From assembly GCA_036172245.1 (NCBI GenBank), contig JAYWIR010000009.1, forward strand, positions 1,302,001 to 1,366,000: DNA of 64,000 nt, given 5' to 3'. Under the pieces are notes generated by a model that was not told the DNA's origin, made no database searches, and worked only from the letters and a program-made list of their open reading frames with translations. A program made the position numbers and the translations under genes. Positions 23,711 through 37,700 of this stretch are shown here, piece by piece. Within the stretch, counting starts at the first letter, position 1; the number at the start of each line of letters is the position of its first letter. This stretch comes from Raillietiella orientalis (Eukaryota).

Positions 23711-25445
23711 CTAAAACATGTTACTGCTACTTTTGCGACAAGTTCGTCCAACTAGTAACTTGGGTTTGCATTGGGATTTCTTAGTTCCTTGAAAGTAGCA
23801 CACTATATCAGTCAACTGACGAGATAGCCATTCATTTTTCAGACGTTCTGCATTTAGTTCACGGCACAGTTCATTTCTGTTTTTGTTTGGTAAGCGTACA
23901 ACAGCTTTGTGTTGAAGCAATTCAAATGATGATGGTCGTTGTTCTGGATTGGGATGAATCATAAGGCAAAGGAGATCTTTGAACTGTTGGCTGCATTGAG
24001 GGAAATCTGGAACATGTGCCTTTCGTAACTCATGCCATTCATCTCCATTTTTAGGCAAAGGTTTTCCGCCACCTGCTTCTATCAAAGTCATTCCTAAAGC
24101 AAAAATATCAGCTTTAGGCAAGTTACGATAATCTTCCTCGAGAATTTCCTTAGGCAAATAACGGCAGTCTCCTTCTTCAACCACAGGGTTACAAATGCTA
24201 GTTACATGACCCAAATCTCCTGAAAATTAATACCAAAGAAATGTTTTGATTTCTCATTTTCAATGAAAGTGCAAACTAAACATGACTAGGGTGGTACTGT
24301 AGAACTTAAACAGTTTACATGAATAACATAAATAGACTAAAGAACTCACCTATCTTGTAGATCACATGTCGAAAAGTATGTTCTTCTTCTTCAGAACCAC
24401 TAGAACAGCTACTACATGATTTGTAAGATAAGAAAATATTTCCAGGTTTGATGTCCATGTGAACTAAACTTGAATCATGCATAAATTTAAGACCCTTTGC
24501 CACATGGAGTAACACTCGTTTCAACTCAGTTTCCTTCAAATAATTGCAGCCATGCTGGCAACTTTGCAAAGCATCCAACAAGCTCCCTCCATTACAAAAT
24601 TCATTCTGAATGATCATGTGGCCATCCTCTGACCAAGCAGAATAGTAGCGTACCACATGTGCATGCCTACCCAACACTGCATGAGCATAAACCTCATTTA
24701 GGGAATTTCTCCTGCAGATGCCTTTTAAAAAATAGCTCTAATGAGTTTTACTTACTCTTGTAAACTTCCTGAAATGGGTCTGCGACTACGCTTAATGGCA
24801 TATGTGCATCCATCCAAGCGGTTAATACATTTGTAAACACAACCAAATGTACCTCGACCAATGAGACCAACTTCATGGAATTCTCGATGATATCTTGATA
24901 TCGAAGATTCATGCAACACTAATTTTTTAGAAGGAAGATTGTCATCATCAACTTCCTCAGATGAACTACAATAGGAGGGTGAATGCCTGCATAACAGTTA
25001 TTTATGTTAACAAAATCCCCACTTACCTTGGACGTTTAACACTTCCACTAAGCTTCCTGCTTGCCTGCAAGCTCTCTGGAGTGTAAGGATTCACATTTAC
25101 TAATGGTCTCTCTTTAACAGGTGTTTTAGCAACTCTAGGGGTATCTGCAAATAGCCTATTTCGAGTCACATATGCTGTTGCATGAAGGCTTTTTGGTCCA
25201 GGAGTTCTCAAACTGCATTCCACCAGTGTTCTAGGTGTTTGAGGAGATGTCCTCAAATTTAGAGATGCAATATGATGAATGCCAAGAGTATTATCATCTC
25301 TAATAATTTGTTTTCTAAATGATTCCTCGTTAAAGTCATAGTCTTCAGAGAGTTCTAAGTCTATTTCTTCTTTCATTACACCAGACTGGTTGTCCTTGTT
25401 CATAACCAGGGTAAAATTACGCTTGCTGAAAGCCTCATGCTCCAT
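23711..25445 (-). CDS. WEE1: Wee1-family protein kinase (506 aa, 4 coding exons)
   Basis: Exons 25445-25027, 24986-24756, 24711-24350, 24219-23711 (introns 40, 44 and 130 nt, in phase). Wee box [64 protein letters not shown]-terminal ELNAERLKN. The ATG directly follows a TTCAG acceptor, so a 5'UTR intron to the donor at 25775 is probable. Confidence 0.96.
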
Positions 25446-25951
25446 CTGAACAAAATTAGCAGATCAGTGCAAAATTTTAGCAACTTTTTTTTAATATAAA
25501 AGTATCCATCCGCGTCACAGAACACGAATGAAATAGCTAGAAAGCTAAACCCTTCGTTTCAAATCTTTGATCCTGAAGATGCTACAAACAATTATTCAAG
25601 AACGCTCCAGAACTATTGAAAAATAATCATGCATTATAAATTGCTACCCTCGTATAGAATTTACTTTTTTTGCAGTATAGTACCTTTTTCTTACAGCCAT
25701 TGAAACAATACATTCAAATAGATCCACACGATTTTTACAAATGCTAAAATCATTTCTCACAAAATACCCACTTACCTTTGAATATTATTAGTTAGCTTAG
25801 TTCACCAATTCTATTATGCATCAGCAAACTTCGGTGGTTAATTTTTTTATGTTCAACTTGCTAAAAAAAAAAAAAAAATACGACGAAAAATAGGCAGCAA
25901 ACAACACACAGCGCTGACATTACATGGTTTAGATTAGTCATCACATTTATC

Positions 25952-25962
25952 TTCCCGCCAAA
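25952..25962 (-). promoter_or_regulatory. E2F-binding site upstream of WEE1
   Basis: TTTGGCGGGAA on the minus strand, ~180 bp upstream of the predicted first (non-coding) exon donor. It matches the canonical E2F consensus. Confidence 0.55.
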
Positions 25963-28900
25963 TTAGATAAGCAAAGGGCTTACTGCGTTAGCTGCTGTCA
26001 AATTTCGAAAGCTTGAGAGAATACTCTACTTCACATATAACTCAGTTCTGCAAATAGATGCGCCTTCTTTCTGATATTTCAGAAGAATGATATTTCATGA
26101 AATTTTTGAGATCATTTTTAGGTATAGGTATTAAGTTAGATTTGTTCCCCATTTTTATGCTAAATGAACATCGTTCATTTTAATGGACTACTTTAGATAA
26201 TAGCAATCATTTCATTCCATTTGTTGTTTTTGGTTTATGCCGTTTTCCTGAAATCATTATGAATTTGCTCAATTCAGTCTTTAGTAAGCAGTTTTTGCAA
26301 TACATTTCATGTGTATACAGAGCTATTGCATTCATGCATTCCATAAGACCGAACTTAAAAACCTCAAGAGGCAATCATTCAAGTATTGTTTTCCGAGTAA
26401 ATGGAGTATTGTAATTTTTTCAGGATAAAAATTGCATAACGTTTCGTAGGATATGCAAATGTACAGTTACAACTCAGTGATGAAAATTTTAAAGATTCTA
26501 GTACGATTGGGGCATGACCACCATTTTGATATTTTTGTAGGTTACGAAACTGTATACAGTTACAGTATTTGAAAAACACTTATGTAAATACAGAGAATAC
26601 TATTGCATCCTGAGTATAAATGTATGCAGTATAATCTGTATAAATGCTATTTGCACAACTCATCTTCAGTAACTTGATATTAAAATTAGATAAAACTAAG
26701 TTAATCCATTACACTTTCCAAAAATGCTCGATTTATTGAGTTTTATTAGTTATTTAATTCATCTTAAAATGGTAGGAGTCAAGTTCACAGTAAACCAGAA
26801 TATGGATAAATTAAGGAGCAAAAACTATAAGCAATTTGAGGCACAACAGGTGTTTCGATCTTGGCAATACTGAGGGAAATCGGGGACGTGCGTGTCTTGC
26901 TGATTGTCACCAATTGTGGGTGGTGGTCCTGGAGTTGGTCATGCCTTCATCCATCAATTGTGTATGGCAGAGGAGGAGTTTCTAATCTGAACATTACGCT
27001 TTAATTCAATCTTATTTTGCAAACTCTACTATTCTGTGATATAAGAAACCAGAAGAAAGCTTCACTCTATTCTTGCCTCAAAGAAGCTGCCTTCTATCGG
27101 ATCTCGTGGCTTGTTACTCTACGTGCATGCATTTCCCCATGTACACGAATTCGCTAATTAGAAATACACTAAAATGACGAGGGTATGAGAACATTTTGAG
27201 GATGGGACTGCCATCTTCAAATGCCGAATATCTTTCTTGAGAAATTTAGGAAATTCGGGGTTTATTTTAAACGCTGAAACGATTTTATTGCTTACAAAAG
27301 TTATCAAAGATTGGTTACCTATGGTTCTTGATATTCTCAATCCTCAAGAAAAGTTTCCTGGGTATGAAGGGGAAAACAAAAAAAACAAAAAAAACATGAA
27401 CCTTCAAATTGAAGTCATTTTTTCGTAAATGTGGACTCCGAATTATTAAGCGTATGATTCTTTAAATTACGTAGCCTTTCACTGGGGAGAATCTGAAAGA
27501 AACGCACCACCCAGTGTTAAACATGCAATTTCTGAAGTCTTTGTGAATCGAAATCGATCGTTCTTTCCAAATTATTTTGTACTCCAGAATTTCGGAATCG
27601 TTTCTTCAAATTCTTTGACGTTGAGTATTCTATGGGCATCACGATGTCGGTGGAACGGAGATTACAGCATCAAAGAACCTCCACTGTTTATGAATTGCCA
27701 TGTGAATTGTGAGTGATTAACCTTTTCCTCGGCCTCTTGATTGCCTTGTCTTTCACATTCGTACGATTTTCATGCTATTTGCAAGTCAGGATCACACTCC
27801 TCAATCTGATCACTCAAGGTGAATTCAATTAAGTGTCATTGCTCCAGGCCAAGACAAGGCGAACGTGATCTGAAATCAGGCAGAGTTCAGTTCAGCCCGA
27901 AAGTCTCATCAATCAGTTCTCATCAATCAGATCAGTTCGAAAGCCTCATCAGTCCCAGGTCCTCCAGAGACGCTCCCAAATTTTAAGGCATTCACAGCCG
28001 TGGTGCAAGGGAACGAAATAGCTCCAGCTGGAAGGTTTCTGGAATAGGTGACCCGCGTCCTTGGAAACGTTCAAGAAGCAAACAGTTATGAGGAATCCTT
28101 AAAAATTCAATGAAGAGCAAGACAAGGTACACTGATCCTCCTGCTGCCCGAGCACAGAGTTAAGATTCCGGGTCGGGCTTGGAACCGTTACGTCATCTGG
28201 CATAAGTCCTGTTCTTGAGCGTTTTTTGGAACTGATGTTATGTTCAAAGTAGTATTCCTACTGAAAAAATGCAATCTGTTGTATAGCTATCTTTCAGTCG
28301 CTCCCATCCATAGATTATGGATTCAAGCTTATGCTCCAAGATGATATGACTAAATTTCATACCAACTTTCATTTCAGATATCCCTCATGCTCACCATGCC
28401 AAGATGTTCTTCCTTCTTTTTCTGTTACAAAGGTCGAGATAAATTTAAGGTTATTTATACGCACAGTTTCGAATGTTACATAGACTGTCATATCAGAAGT
28501 GGCTGAGCAGATTCTCAATGTTGATTACTGGTCAGCTCTTCTGGAAACTTTCCAATCACTTCAACATCAAATTCCATTAACAAGCGCCCACCATCCGGCA
28601 AAAGACCACGTGTACGTTCCGTACAATCGTAAGATGTACATTTTTCTGAAGATGAATACTTATGGATGCTTAATTAGTCCTAAGCCTAAAAATAAACCGT
28701 CAGATGAATATTTTGAAATTTGAAGCTGCCGGCTTCAAAATCCTAGGTTCTGACTTCCTACTTAGAAATTGAATGGTATTAAAAGGAGGCGTGCATACTA
28801 ATAGTCATCTGTTGGTTTCCGTAGTGAGTAATTTTTCGGGTAGTCAAAGATCGACGTAAATAAGCATATCAGGGCGTCATAAGTGCTTCCATAACCAAAT

Positions 28901-30562
28901 GCGGAATATTGAAGGAAACAAACATTTCTCTCGTAAGTTGATTCAAGCAAGTGACTACCCTGGAAAGAGGGGTCAAATTGAGCACGATGTTTTGAGGAAG
29001 TGTTGAAGTGTTGCTAAAGGAAAACAGATTAAAGCTGTCTGCCCCACACAAATGAGGTTGTTATCCACATCACAAAACACTAGCATAGCAGTTTTTTGTT
29101 TTCATTTTTTTCAACAGGGACATTATCTTTATATTTTATTACATTTGACCTTGAGTTTTTACCAAATTCTCATAGCGTACTCATGTACAAGAATACTGTA
29201 AATTCCATTATCGGGGGAAAAAAAAAAAAAAAACAGGGTCCAACTGTTTCTGGTAGTGTTATGTTATGCAGAAAATATGTTCTCCTCCGTAATCGTTCCA
29301 TAATATTGGAAAGCAAGATTCTATTTCATCTGTGGCATAACACTTAGTGCTAAGATTGTCGTCCTGGCTAATGCACCGCCAGAAAATAAATTAAACACTC
29401 CAATATAGTGATGGCCTTAGGGAGCAAGAGAAGGACCATGTTTGGGGGTGTAGTGTTCTGAGTACTGAGGTGGTTTCATTTGGGGGTTTCTCCTATGGGC
29501 AGGAAATTATTTCTCTTCCGATGATGACGTTTCTTCCCAAACGTATGAATGTATTCTCCTCTTACAATGTAAGACCCCAAAGTTGATGCGCTGTAAGTGT
29601 TTTTTTTTTTTTTTTCCCCCTCCCAGCCCTGCCCCTTACCGAAGGGTGATTGGACTTTTGTGAACAGCTAGACTAGTCAAGAAATGCCTCCACAATCCCA
29701 GCCGAGCGGCGAACGAGCACCTTTTTGGGGAGCGCTCGGAGTGATGTCCAGACCTCGTAAACCTCCTGAATGAGGCAGATACCTTCTCTGCGGGCTTCTT
29801 GTTTACACTCCTTACGTGTTTGGATCTGCCTGCGCTCTCACTCCTCCTCTGCATTGCGATCCATAATCCAAAGAGGTGTTGTAGCTTCTCTTACGGATGC
29901 GGGGCTGGGCGATTTTCTATCTGGAAAGACGACCGGTAAATTTGAAAGGAGAGGTGATGTTCATGGCATGCGGGCTCACGGAACAGCAAGTGAACATCAC
30001 GAGTGAAGGAAAAGTGAACGCACGTCGACGGGAAGCGCGCGAGTAGTCGTCGGGGATTCCACGTTTGATGCTTACCATGTGCCAGAAGTTAATCCCAAGC
30101 CTTCGGACCGTCCAGGCAGAAGGACTCTTCTATGTACTTCTTTCAGGAGGACCATCCTGAAAGAAGGACATAAGGACCATTGAAAAGCAACGTCTTGCAC
30201 GGGGATGACGTCCAGGTGCTCGAGACACCTCATCACGTCCGGGAACTGCACCTACTCTCAGATTACCACTTCATTCAGGTCATGAATCTTTCCGATGAGG
30301 GGGACAGCCCCCGGGAGAGCTTCTGTAAGAGATGCAAGATGTGGGATGCAATGCTGCTGCAAAATCTCTGCACTCGTGGACACGATGGCTATGCAGATGA
30401 TGAGTTGGTTGAACGAGTGAAGGTGGCAGTCAAAGAGTGGTGGGAACTGACCTCGCTCAGAGAGTGATGGGAGTCCATCCCTGAAGTGGCCTCTCCACTC
30501 CCTCTTCGTCGTGATTCGGTTCTCGGTTAGGATAATCACAAAATTATCCTGAACGTTCGGTC

Positions 30563-30597
30563 CTCAAACGTGCAGGACGTTCTCCTGCACGTTTGAG
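30563..30597. repeat. Perfect 15-bp inverted repeat with a 5-nt loop
   Basis: CTCAAACGTGCAGGA-cgttc-TCCTGCACGTTTGAG. Confidence 0.9.
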
Positions 30598-31599
30598 AAC
30601 ACCCTGAACGCACGATGCAAGACTGTAATTACACGGTACACATGTACAAGGATGGATGCAGTGGAAAGATGACAAGGTTGACGAGTTCGATCCCTCACTT
30701 CCATTAAGTACTGTTAACCCTTTTCTGGAATAAACTGGCCTTATCGGCTTAATGCTTGGATTTTTTCAAAATAAGGGTTTCATTCGGAACGCAGCGACCA
30801 GTGTCCCTTTCTTTCAAAAAAGTTCTCCCACAGATCCTCAATGCACTGATTTCTCGTCGGCTGAAAATTCCACGTTTTGGTGCTTTGCGCATGTGCAGTG
30901 GCCGGTTCCCCTTAAGAATGTGGCTAATTCGGTGGCCTTGCTTCCTGAGGTTTATTATTTTCACTTTAAGATCGTCCTTTTGCTTGCTTTGGTGTCACTG
31001 CTTATTCTCTGCCGTGCTTTGATTTATGCTTTTTCTTGTTTCCGTGTTTTCGAATTCAACCCTTTGCTTTTATTGTTCCGCCCTTTTGGGTCCCCGTCGC
31101 TATGGACTACGTTTTTGTAATACTTTGTTCCTTTTGGCTTCTCCTATACTTTGCCACAAAGCACTGCGTGCTGTGGACAAACAGGCACTGATCAAGAGAC
31201 TCGTGGTTTTTTTTTTTAAATAGATGTTACATAATATGATTAGATCGATTGGTAGACATTCATTATCGAGCTTCATGTGCAGCGTATCCTACATCGATTT
31301 CCCCATTCCCGCTTGCATTTCTCCCGACATGTGCGATTCCCTAATGCCAGATCGCCACTCGGATGGCGACGTTGCAGTTTCACAATCTCAAGAGCATAGC
31401 CTTAACACTTTCTGGTTCTTGCCGTAAAGGTGCATTAGAGCAAGCAGTGCCGGAAGAAATTGCCAGCCATGAGGATTTCCGAGACTTGATATATGGAACA
31501 GGAGGATTCTTCCGTGACCTAAGATTCGTTGTTGGCCAAAAGATGGAACTGGAGTGGTCTAACCTTGCAGCCGATCCGGCCGAACCGGAATCCTCGAAG

Positions 31600-33000
31600 G
31601 ATGCGGGGACCAACCCTTTCATACTTTTTGTTCCGAAAATCGAACCCACTCTCGGCGTTGGGAGGTCCTTCGTTTCTTCTTCCACTAGTGGAATTGTGGT
31701 TCTTCATGCAGATGATGTCTGCAGACGTTCCAGAGGAACGGAGAAGATACGGAAGGATTAATCCGGAACTTGCGCATCCTGAGCTCGGAAGCGGAAAAAG
31801 ATGGCGTCTGATTCGCTTCCGCCTCGCTGAGGTCCTTGAACACGTGCCTAGAACACCTTGAAAGTGCGGCGTTTGCCTCCTGCAGTGGGTGGGACGAGGA
31901 TGTCGACTCACCGAAGATTTTAATTTCTGCTAGAGAGAAAGAATCGGGGACATCTAGAATTGGGAATTTCCCTTGGGAATTTGCCGAGGAACGATGTAGA
32001 ATGAGGACACTCGAGTCAACAGAAGACCTCAGCTGGGAATCCTTTTCCCAGCTTCTGGAGAAGATCGGAATTGTGCTAAGGATCAACTCCCCTCAAACGC
32101 AGGCTCGGACCGTGCCCATTGTCCTCACATGCCCCCGAAATCCACAAGAACCGATTCACTTCACATTCGTTCAAGCTGCAGTCGAATTCGATACAGATGC
32201 TATTAAGAACATGAGCATTGGTCAGCAAAGTGATGTCTTGCTAATGGACCCCTCCGAATACACCGTTGATGAGGTGAAGGCTATACTTTGATCTTAGCCA
32301 AAAGGCCGAGAAGCAATGAAGGCTACACTACCGAGTAGGGAAAACTCCCCTGGGATGAACCATGTTTCATTTCTGGATGAAAGGTTTTACATTCTGGTGC
32401 AGAAATGGAAATGTCAATCATACTCATTATTCCTCACAAGAAGAAAAATCTACCGTCTTGGTGGGATAGCATTTCCAAACGATACTGATCCCGAATTCGG
32501 ACCCAACGCACTGGGTATCGACCAGTGAAGTGTCTCCTGTTCCCATTGGTGACTGCGTTTATCGAGTGTGTAAAAAAACCCTCTCTCGATGGTCATGGGA
32601 TAGAATGTTAGAGAACAATGTGATATGTCCTCAGGAAGAGAAGTTTGATGGAGTTTCAGAGTAAAACTCCTCCATGCAAAGTGGACTTGACGCAAGCTTT
32701 TCGAAGGACTGAAGAGTAGTTTTAATCGAAAGAATGCTTTCGAGATGGCGTCTAATGAGATTCTGAAAGCTGCATTGAAGGGATCAGCATTAAAGACTTA
32801 GGGATTACATTAGGATTCATATCAAGGTGCCGCCACCACCATCCTGGCTGATAATCAAGCTAAGAGGAGTACTAGCATTCTAAGGACCGTAAAACAAGGT
32901 TGGTCCCTCAGTCCGTCGCTGTTTGACGTCACCGTCGATTCTCTGAGTGCCTCGTTCGGTGGATTTAGCTTGCGCCGAAGATCCTGTCATCGTGGCCTAG
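31600..33000 (+). mobile_element. Degenerate non-LTR retrotransposon RT, R2/RLE-type
   Basis: YTVDEVKAIL, NSPGMNHVS (cf. SPGPDG), TILIP, AFEMASNEILKAAL and YQGAATTI..RTVKQGWSLSPSLFDVTVD. Upstream VGRSFVSS..G..LH and GKRW..RLAE recall the R2 zinc finger and Myb. No APE motifs were seen. Confidence 0.6.
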
Positions 33001-33549
33001 TCAGTGATTGGCTTCCGAACAATCCTGGCAGTTTTCGAAAATTCCTGTTCCCGAGTTGGTCTGTCAATTAATTTCCGGCAATGTGCAAGCCTGCACTATT
33101 CTGAGAAAACTCTCAGGTGAACCAGTTGCATCATATTTCAGTTTAATCAAGGATGCCTACTCTGCAACGAAATCAGAGATTCAAAGGCAAATGTTTGGAC
33201 TGGAATTGTTGCACTTCGAAAGAAAGTCGCCTTGTCAAAGTAGAAGAGCTCCTTGATTGTAGGTTTGCATCTGGATCAATGCTTTGAAGGCATTTTCTTT
33301 CCCCAACCTTGACTGCTTCGAGAGGCCAGTGTTTCTTCCCGGAGAGATTGGTTTTGTATCGATGAATACATAGATAGGAAACAAGGCAAGAAGATCCATC
33401 ATCTCTCGAGGAGAGCTGACGGCGAGTACCCTCATGGCGAAATCTCGAAGTGATATCTTGGCCTCATGTTACCTCCAGATGAATCTTTTCTAGTAGGCGA
33501 CTGCTTGAATCCACTGGATTGATCCGATTTAGAGGAACGGGAACTTTCT

Positions 33550-34720
33550 GCCCAAGCTCTTCAGTCTGCAGTGAAGTGACCAAATCATAGATTCGAGAGG
33601 CACCGATCGTAAATGACTCCTGTCTGTCGATGCTACGGCAACTTTGCTAGGCAAAGCAGGGGCATTTGCAATGTAAGTGCCCCGAGTTGTTTCAAGTCAT
33701 CATCGATAAACGTCCAATGAATGTTCGAATGTGAAGACCCAACGACTGCAGTCTGGTACGTGACCTTCCATAGACCCATAAGGAAGCAGATCACCTCTAG
33801 CGTCCGCGTGACGCAACTCAGCATCGCATGGCATTTTCTGGCAGGGAAGCATCCACATCAGGATGAAGTCAGGCCTGCATGAGGCTATATTGGTGTTCAA
33901 GTTACTTTCTCGGGAGGAAGTACGTGTAACCCTTCGCCGACTACCGTTTATTCTTGCCTCCCGTTTCGATTTCCTCTCGATACGTGTGGCAGCAAAAGGA
34001 GATCTTTTCTGCAGATGGTATAGGACGTGAAATGTTTTCGCATGTTTAAAACCATTGCAAGCAGCATCTTCGTCTCTGTACCAAGCTCCACGATGCATTG
34101 GGCAGGGAGTTTGTATCCTGCAGTCGCCTAATTTCAAGTTTGAGAGCCCACTTTGTACGAACTTCGTTGTGAAAGCCAATCAGGCAATTATTCTGCACGT
34201 CTTCTGCCCTTTCGATGACTCGACAGCGGCGTTCATATCTGCCCGTGAAGATAACGGCGGTTAAACATCAAGCATCAGCCTCTCGGTTGTCCTCCACTGG
34301 ACTACAAGTTTCTGCTCGTGCGATCATGATTAAATCTCTGGCATCATAGGGTCCCCCAAACGATGTGGTCTTCAGGAAATCGAATGTTTCCCATCTGTAC
34401 GCGTGATAACATGATGCCATCTAATACAACAGGGGCATTTATTGGACTCAGGCACCCCCTGGATGAAGGGCAAGAATATTCCCTGGAATACAACTACAGG
34501 AAGACGAAGCAGATGAGAGGCATGAGATTCAGAATGGCAGCTTGAAAATTTTCGCCCCTGGCTCTTAAAAAGCCAACGGGATGTGCTATCTATCAAGGCA
34601 GACAAATTGGGAGAAGCTCAACTTTTGATGTACTGTTGTCCACTTCCCCCAAACCCTAAGAAATCGGAGCCAGCTTTCAATAACGACCTCGACAAAAAAG
34701 CCAACAAAGACTTGAATTCG
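33550..34720 (-). mobile_element. Ty3/gypsy RT-RNase H remnant
   Basis: Minus strand GAKIFKL, MPLLY (cf. MPFGL), DLIMIA (cf. DDILI), LIGFH (cf. YLGH), and RPDFIL/VDAS..EVICF (RNase H start). Frameshifted. Confidence 0.55.
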
Positions 34721-37700
34721 TGTCCAAAAATCTTGCATAGAACTGTTTTGTGATCTCAGTGGCACGGATGGTAGAGATTTTATCTGCTATCAGAAATTGA
34801 ACTCATGACAAACATCTGAATTTATGTAGACCTTCCACATTGTGAGATATCTTATTTCCTTTTTTAGAATCTTAGCATATACTTCATTGCTAGATGAGCG
34901 TCCCAAAAGGAATCTTGATTTGTTCATTGGGTATTGAGCACACATTAAATATGCACAGCAATTCTATGAAATACATTCAATTTAAATAGTAAATCAGGAC
35001 TTAAGATTAGCTGGATTTACACAGAGAGCTAATGAATACCTCAATGATTAAGCTGTTCTTGAAGAAACTGCGATGAACTGGAAGCAGCTCATTTACCAGC
35101 AAAGTGGAAGTTACGTCGTTCAAAGTCAAATACAAACACGAAAAGCGGACAAAAAGGGGGTTTATTTCCAGCCTGATAAAAACGAATTTCAAAGGAGTAA
35201 TGTCTTATGAAGGAAGCCCCTTCTAGTCGTCAGTGAATGGAACTTGGTTTGATTATTTCATTTCCTCGGGAAAATAGAATACCTGCACATATCTCCACCA
35301 TGGATCAATCCTAAACATGAAACACTTTCGCGCTTCCTGATATTCAGAAAGAAAACACCGATTTTTCGTGATTGCTTCGAAATAATGAAGTTATCAACTC
35401 ATGTAAAGATAAATCTACGATCGGTACGTGTCTTTGGTATTTATTCCATTTTCACTTTTGCCATATAGTCCACTGCTCCCTTTGCACTTTTGATATGTGT
35501 GTGAATTTAAGGACTCCAGAGTAACGAATCAAAGAACTAAGAAGGATGTTTCCTCAAAAAGATACGCCTATAAAATCAGAAGCGGAAATAATTTATAATT
35601 CGAGCATATATAGTGCTCAAGTTATGCCAAGTAATCTTGACCTGTTTACGTCACTACCGGTTTTTACAATAAGCTGGGTGCTGCTCTGAAAACAACGAAG
35701 GATGTCCACATTCACAAGAAATGTTATGAATAGATTGAAAAAGTATCTTTCCATTTTGTTCCATGAGTTATTTATTGGTAAGTTGCTAGGATTTTTGGCG
35801 TGAATGATCATATTTTAGATGTTTGCGGATAAGAAGGAAAAGAAACCTGAATTCCACACAGTCAACAAGGCATCAATTGGAATCCAGAAATGAGAAAACA
35901 GAAAATCAATAAGAAGTAAAAGACAGAAGTGCAATGGAGTGAATCCAGAAACTTAATTGTGGATTTTGAGGAGTAAAGATCTGAGATTCCACAGAGCAAA
36001 GTGAGGCAAGCATTTTGAAAAACGCTAATCCTCGTAAGAGAGGCAGGCTTCAAAGCAAAGGAAAAAAAAAAATCCAAATGTGTTAAGAACTAATTGAAAA
36101 TTCTGTCACGTCCAATTGAAATTCACGTCTTTATCTAGGATTAACAAAACATACAGTATAGATTAGAGAACGAAATCGCGTATATAGAATCCTTAATTAA
36201 ATGACCCACAAGGCAAATGGATTTCAAATCAAAGCAATCTCCAAGTAAAAAAAATGAAACACTTTCCGATGACTGATAATTTTTATGCATTTGTTTGCTA
36301 GTAAATCGAATGGGATACCCTGGAATGTGTGATGTGTTGTTGTAAAGATTCGAACTTGCAGTGAGTTTCACGGAAAGTATGACTCATGGTTTTCTTATGA
36401 ACACTTAACCCCTCATAAAACCTTTCTTTGTTCCTAGATTCGAAAATGCAGTTATTTGTATTGCATCCATATAAATTTAGTTGCAAAACTTCAACATGCT
36501 TTTCGGAATGCATGTCTCACTACTTACCTATTTAGAAGCCCTCTCCGGCCCAAGTAAAAGAAATTATCCACACATCAGAATCCCATAAATAGCTTCGAAG
36601 AATAAGTTTTCTCGTGTTTGAATGCAGATCACACTCTGACAATTCATTCCCAATACATCTCTCACATTCATTATCAAGTTTTATGCATGTATAATTTTGT
36701 GCGGATATTTTGTCCGTGTTCCAATTGACCCTTTCGAGGAAATGTCACTTTGTTTAGCTTTGCTTCATAAAATGCATAAGGTCGACTTCTCTCCCAAAAT
36801 TCCTTTTTCCTAGGTCCTTTTTTTTTTCCTTCTTCCAGTTTGCAAACTAAAACAATTTTCCTTCTGAGCTTGTTCTTCTTTCATTGTAGTGCGGTTTGGT
36901 AAAAACTGGAAGTTGTTAACCATCAGATCTTTTCAGGAGGTTTCACATTAATCCTTTCGTCACTCTTATAATGTCTTTGCCTTTCATCTCGGAAGAGAGG
37001 TTTGCGAATTCAATTCGTATCGGTTTTCGAAGCATAAACGATTAGGAAGTAATTTTCAAATGTATCTGCTGGACATCTTCTGCCTCTTTTGTTTCATGCT
37101 TTTTCATAAGGCCACATTTGTTTTGCATGCCAAATCCGTTAAAAGTTAGGGATGATTACAGATTCCTAAACAGATGAGGAACATATTTTGCATATTTTGT
37201 GTTGGTTGAAAATTCTGTTTCCCGTGAAGTTGGTACAACCAAAGTGTCGTCATACCCATTGCTGTCAGACATCAGAATTCGGAACATTATTTGAAAATGG
37301 AATGGGAGTGCATTTCCACCCCCTTCACGTCTACACATTCTCCACAACCAAACCGTACACTTGCAGTTACCTTTCGTTAATTTCAGTCATTTTCCATGTA
37401 TTTCTGCACCGCGCAGTTGATACTCCTTAGGAATTCGTTGCGGATGGTTGTGGAAACCTCGGCCTACCCAAGCAGAACGGGAACGTCGGTCGAGTTTCAC
37501 TAAATCATTGTGATTCCCAACCGTTGACACGAAAATTTCTTCCGACATCTCCAAAGATACCTATCGTGTTTTTGGGGAAGCAAATTTGGAGCACGTTTTG
37601 CAGGCAGGGAGGGAAAATTTTGGTTTTGCCGGCGATGCTGCGTCGAGCGAATTCGTGTGTGTGTGTTTTTGTCTTTGGGAGAGCATTTCGCTATTTTCGT

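Noticed and set aside
27890..27955. Hammerhead ribozyme core (CTGATGAG..CGAA on the minus strand) in a short tandem repeat
   Set aside because: The GAAA is incomplete and no convincing stems I-III could be built.
29594..29626. Mini-intron GTAAGT-polyT-CCCAG
   Set aside because: At 33 nt it is below the local intron size and has no flanking exons. It is more likely the poly(A) tail of a minus-strand retro-insertion.
30180..30530. Tc1/mariner-like transposase C-terminus
   Set aside because: Only a vague D..SP..W pattern with wrong spacing and no TIRs; too weak to list as a feature.
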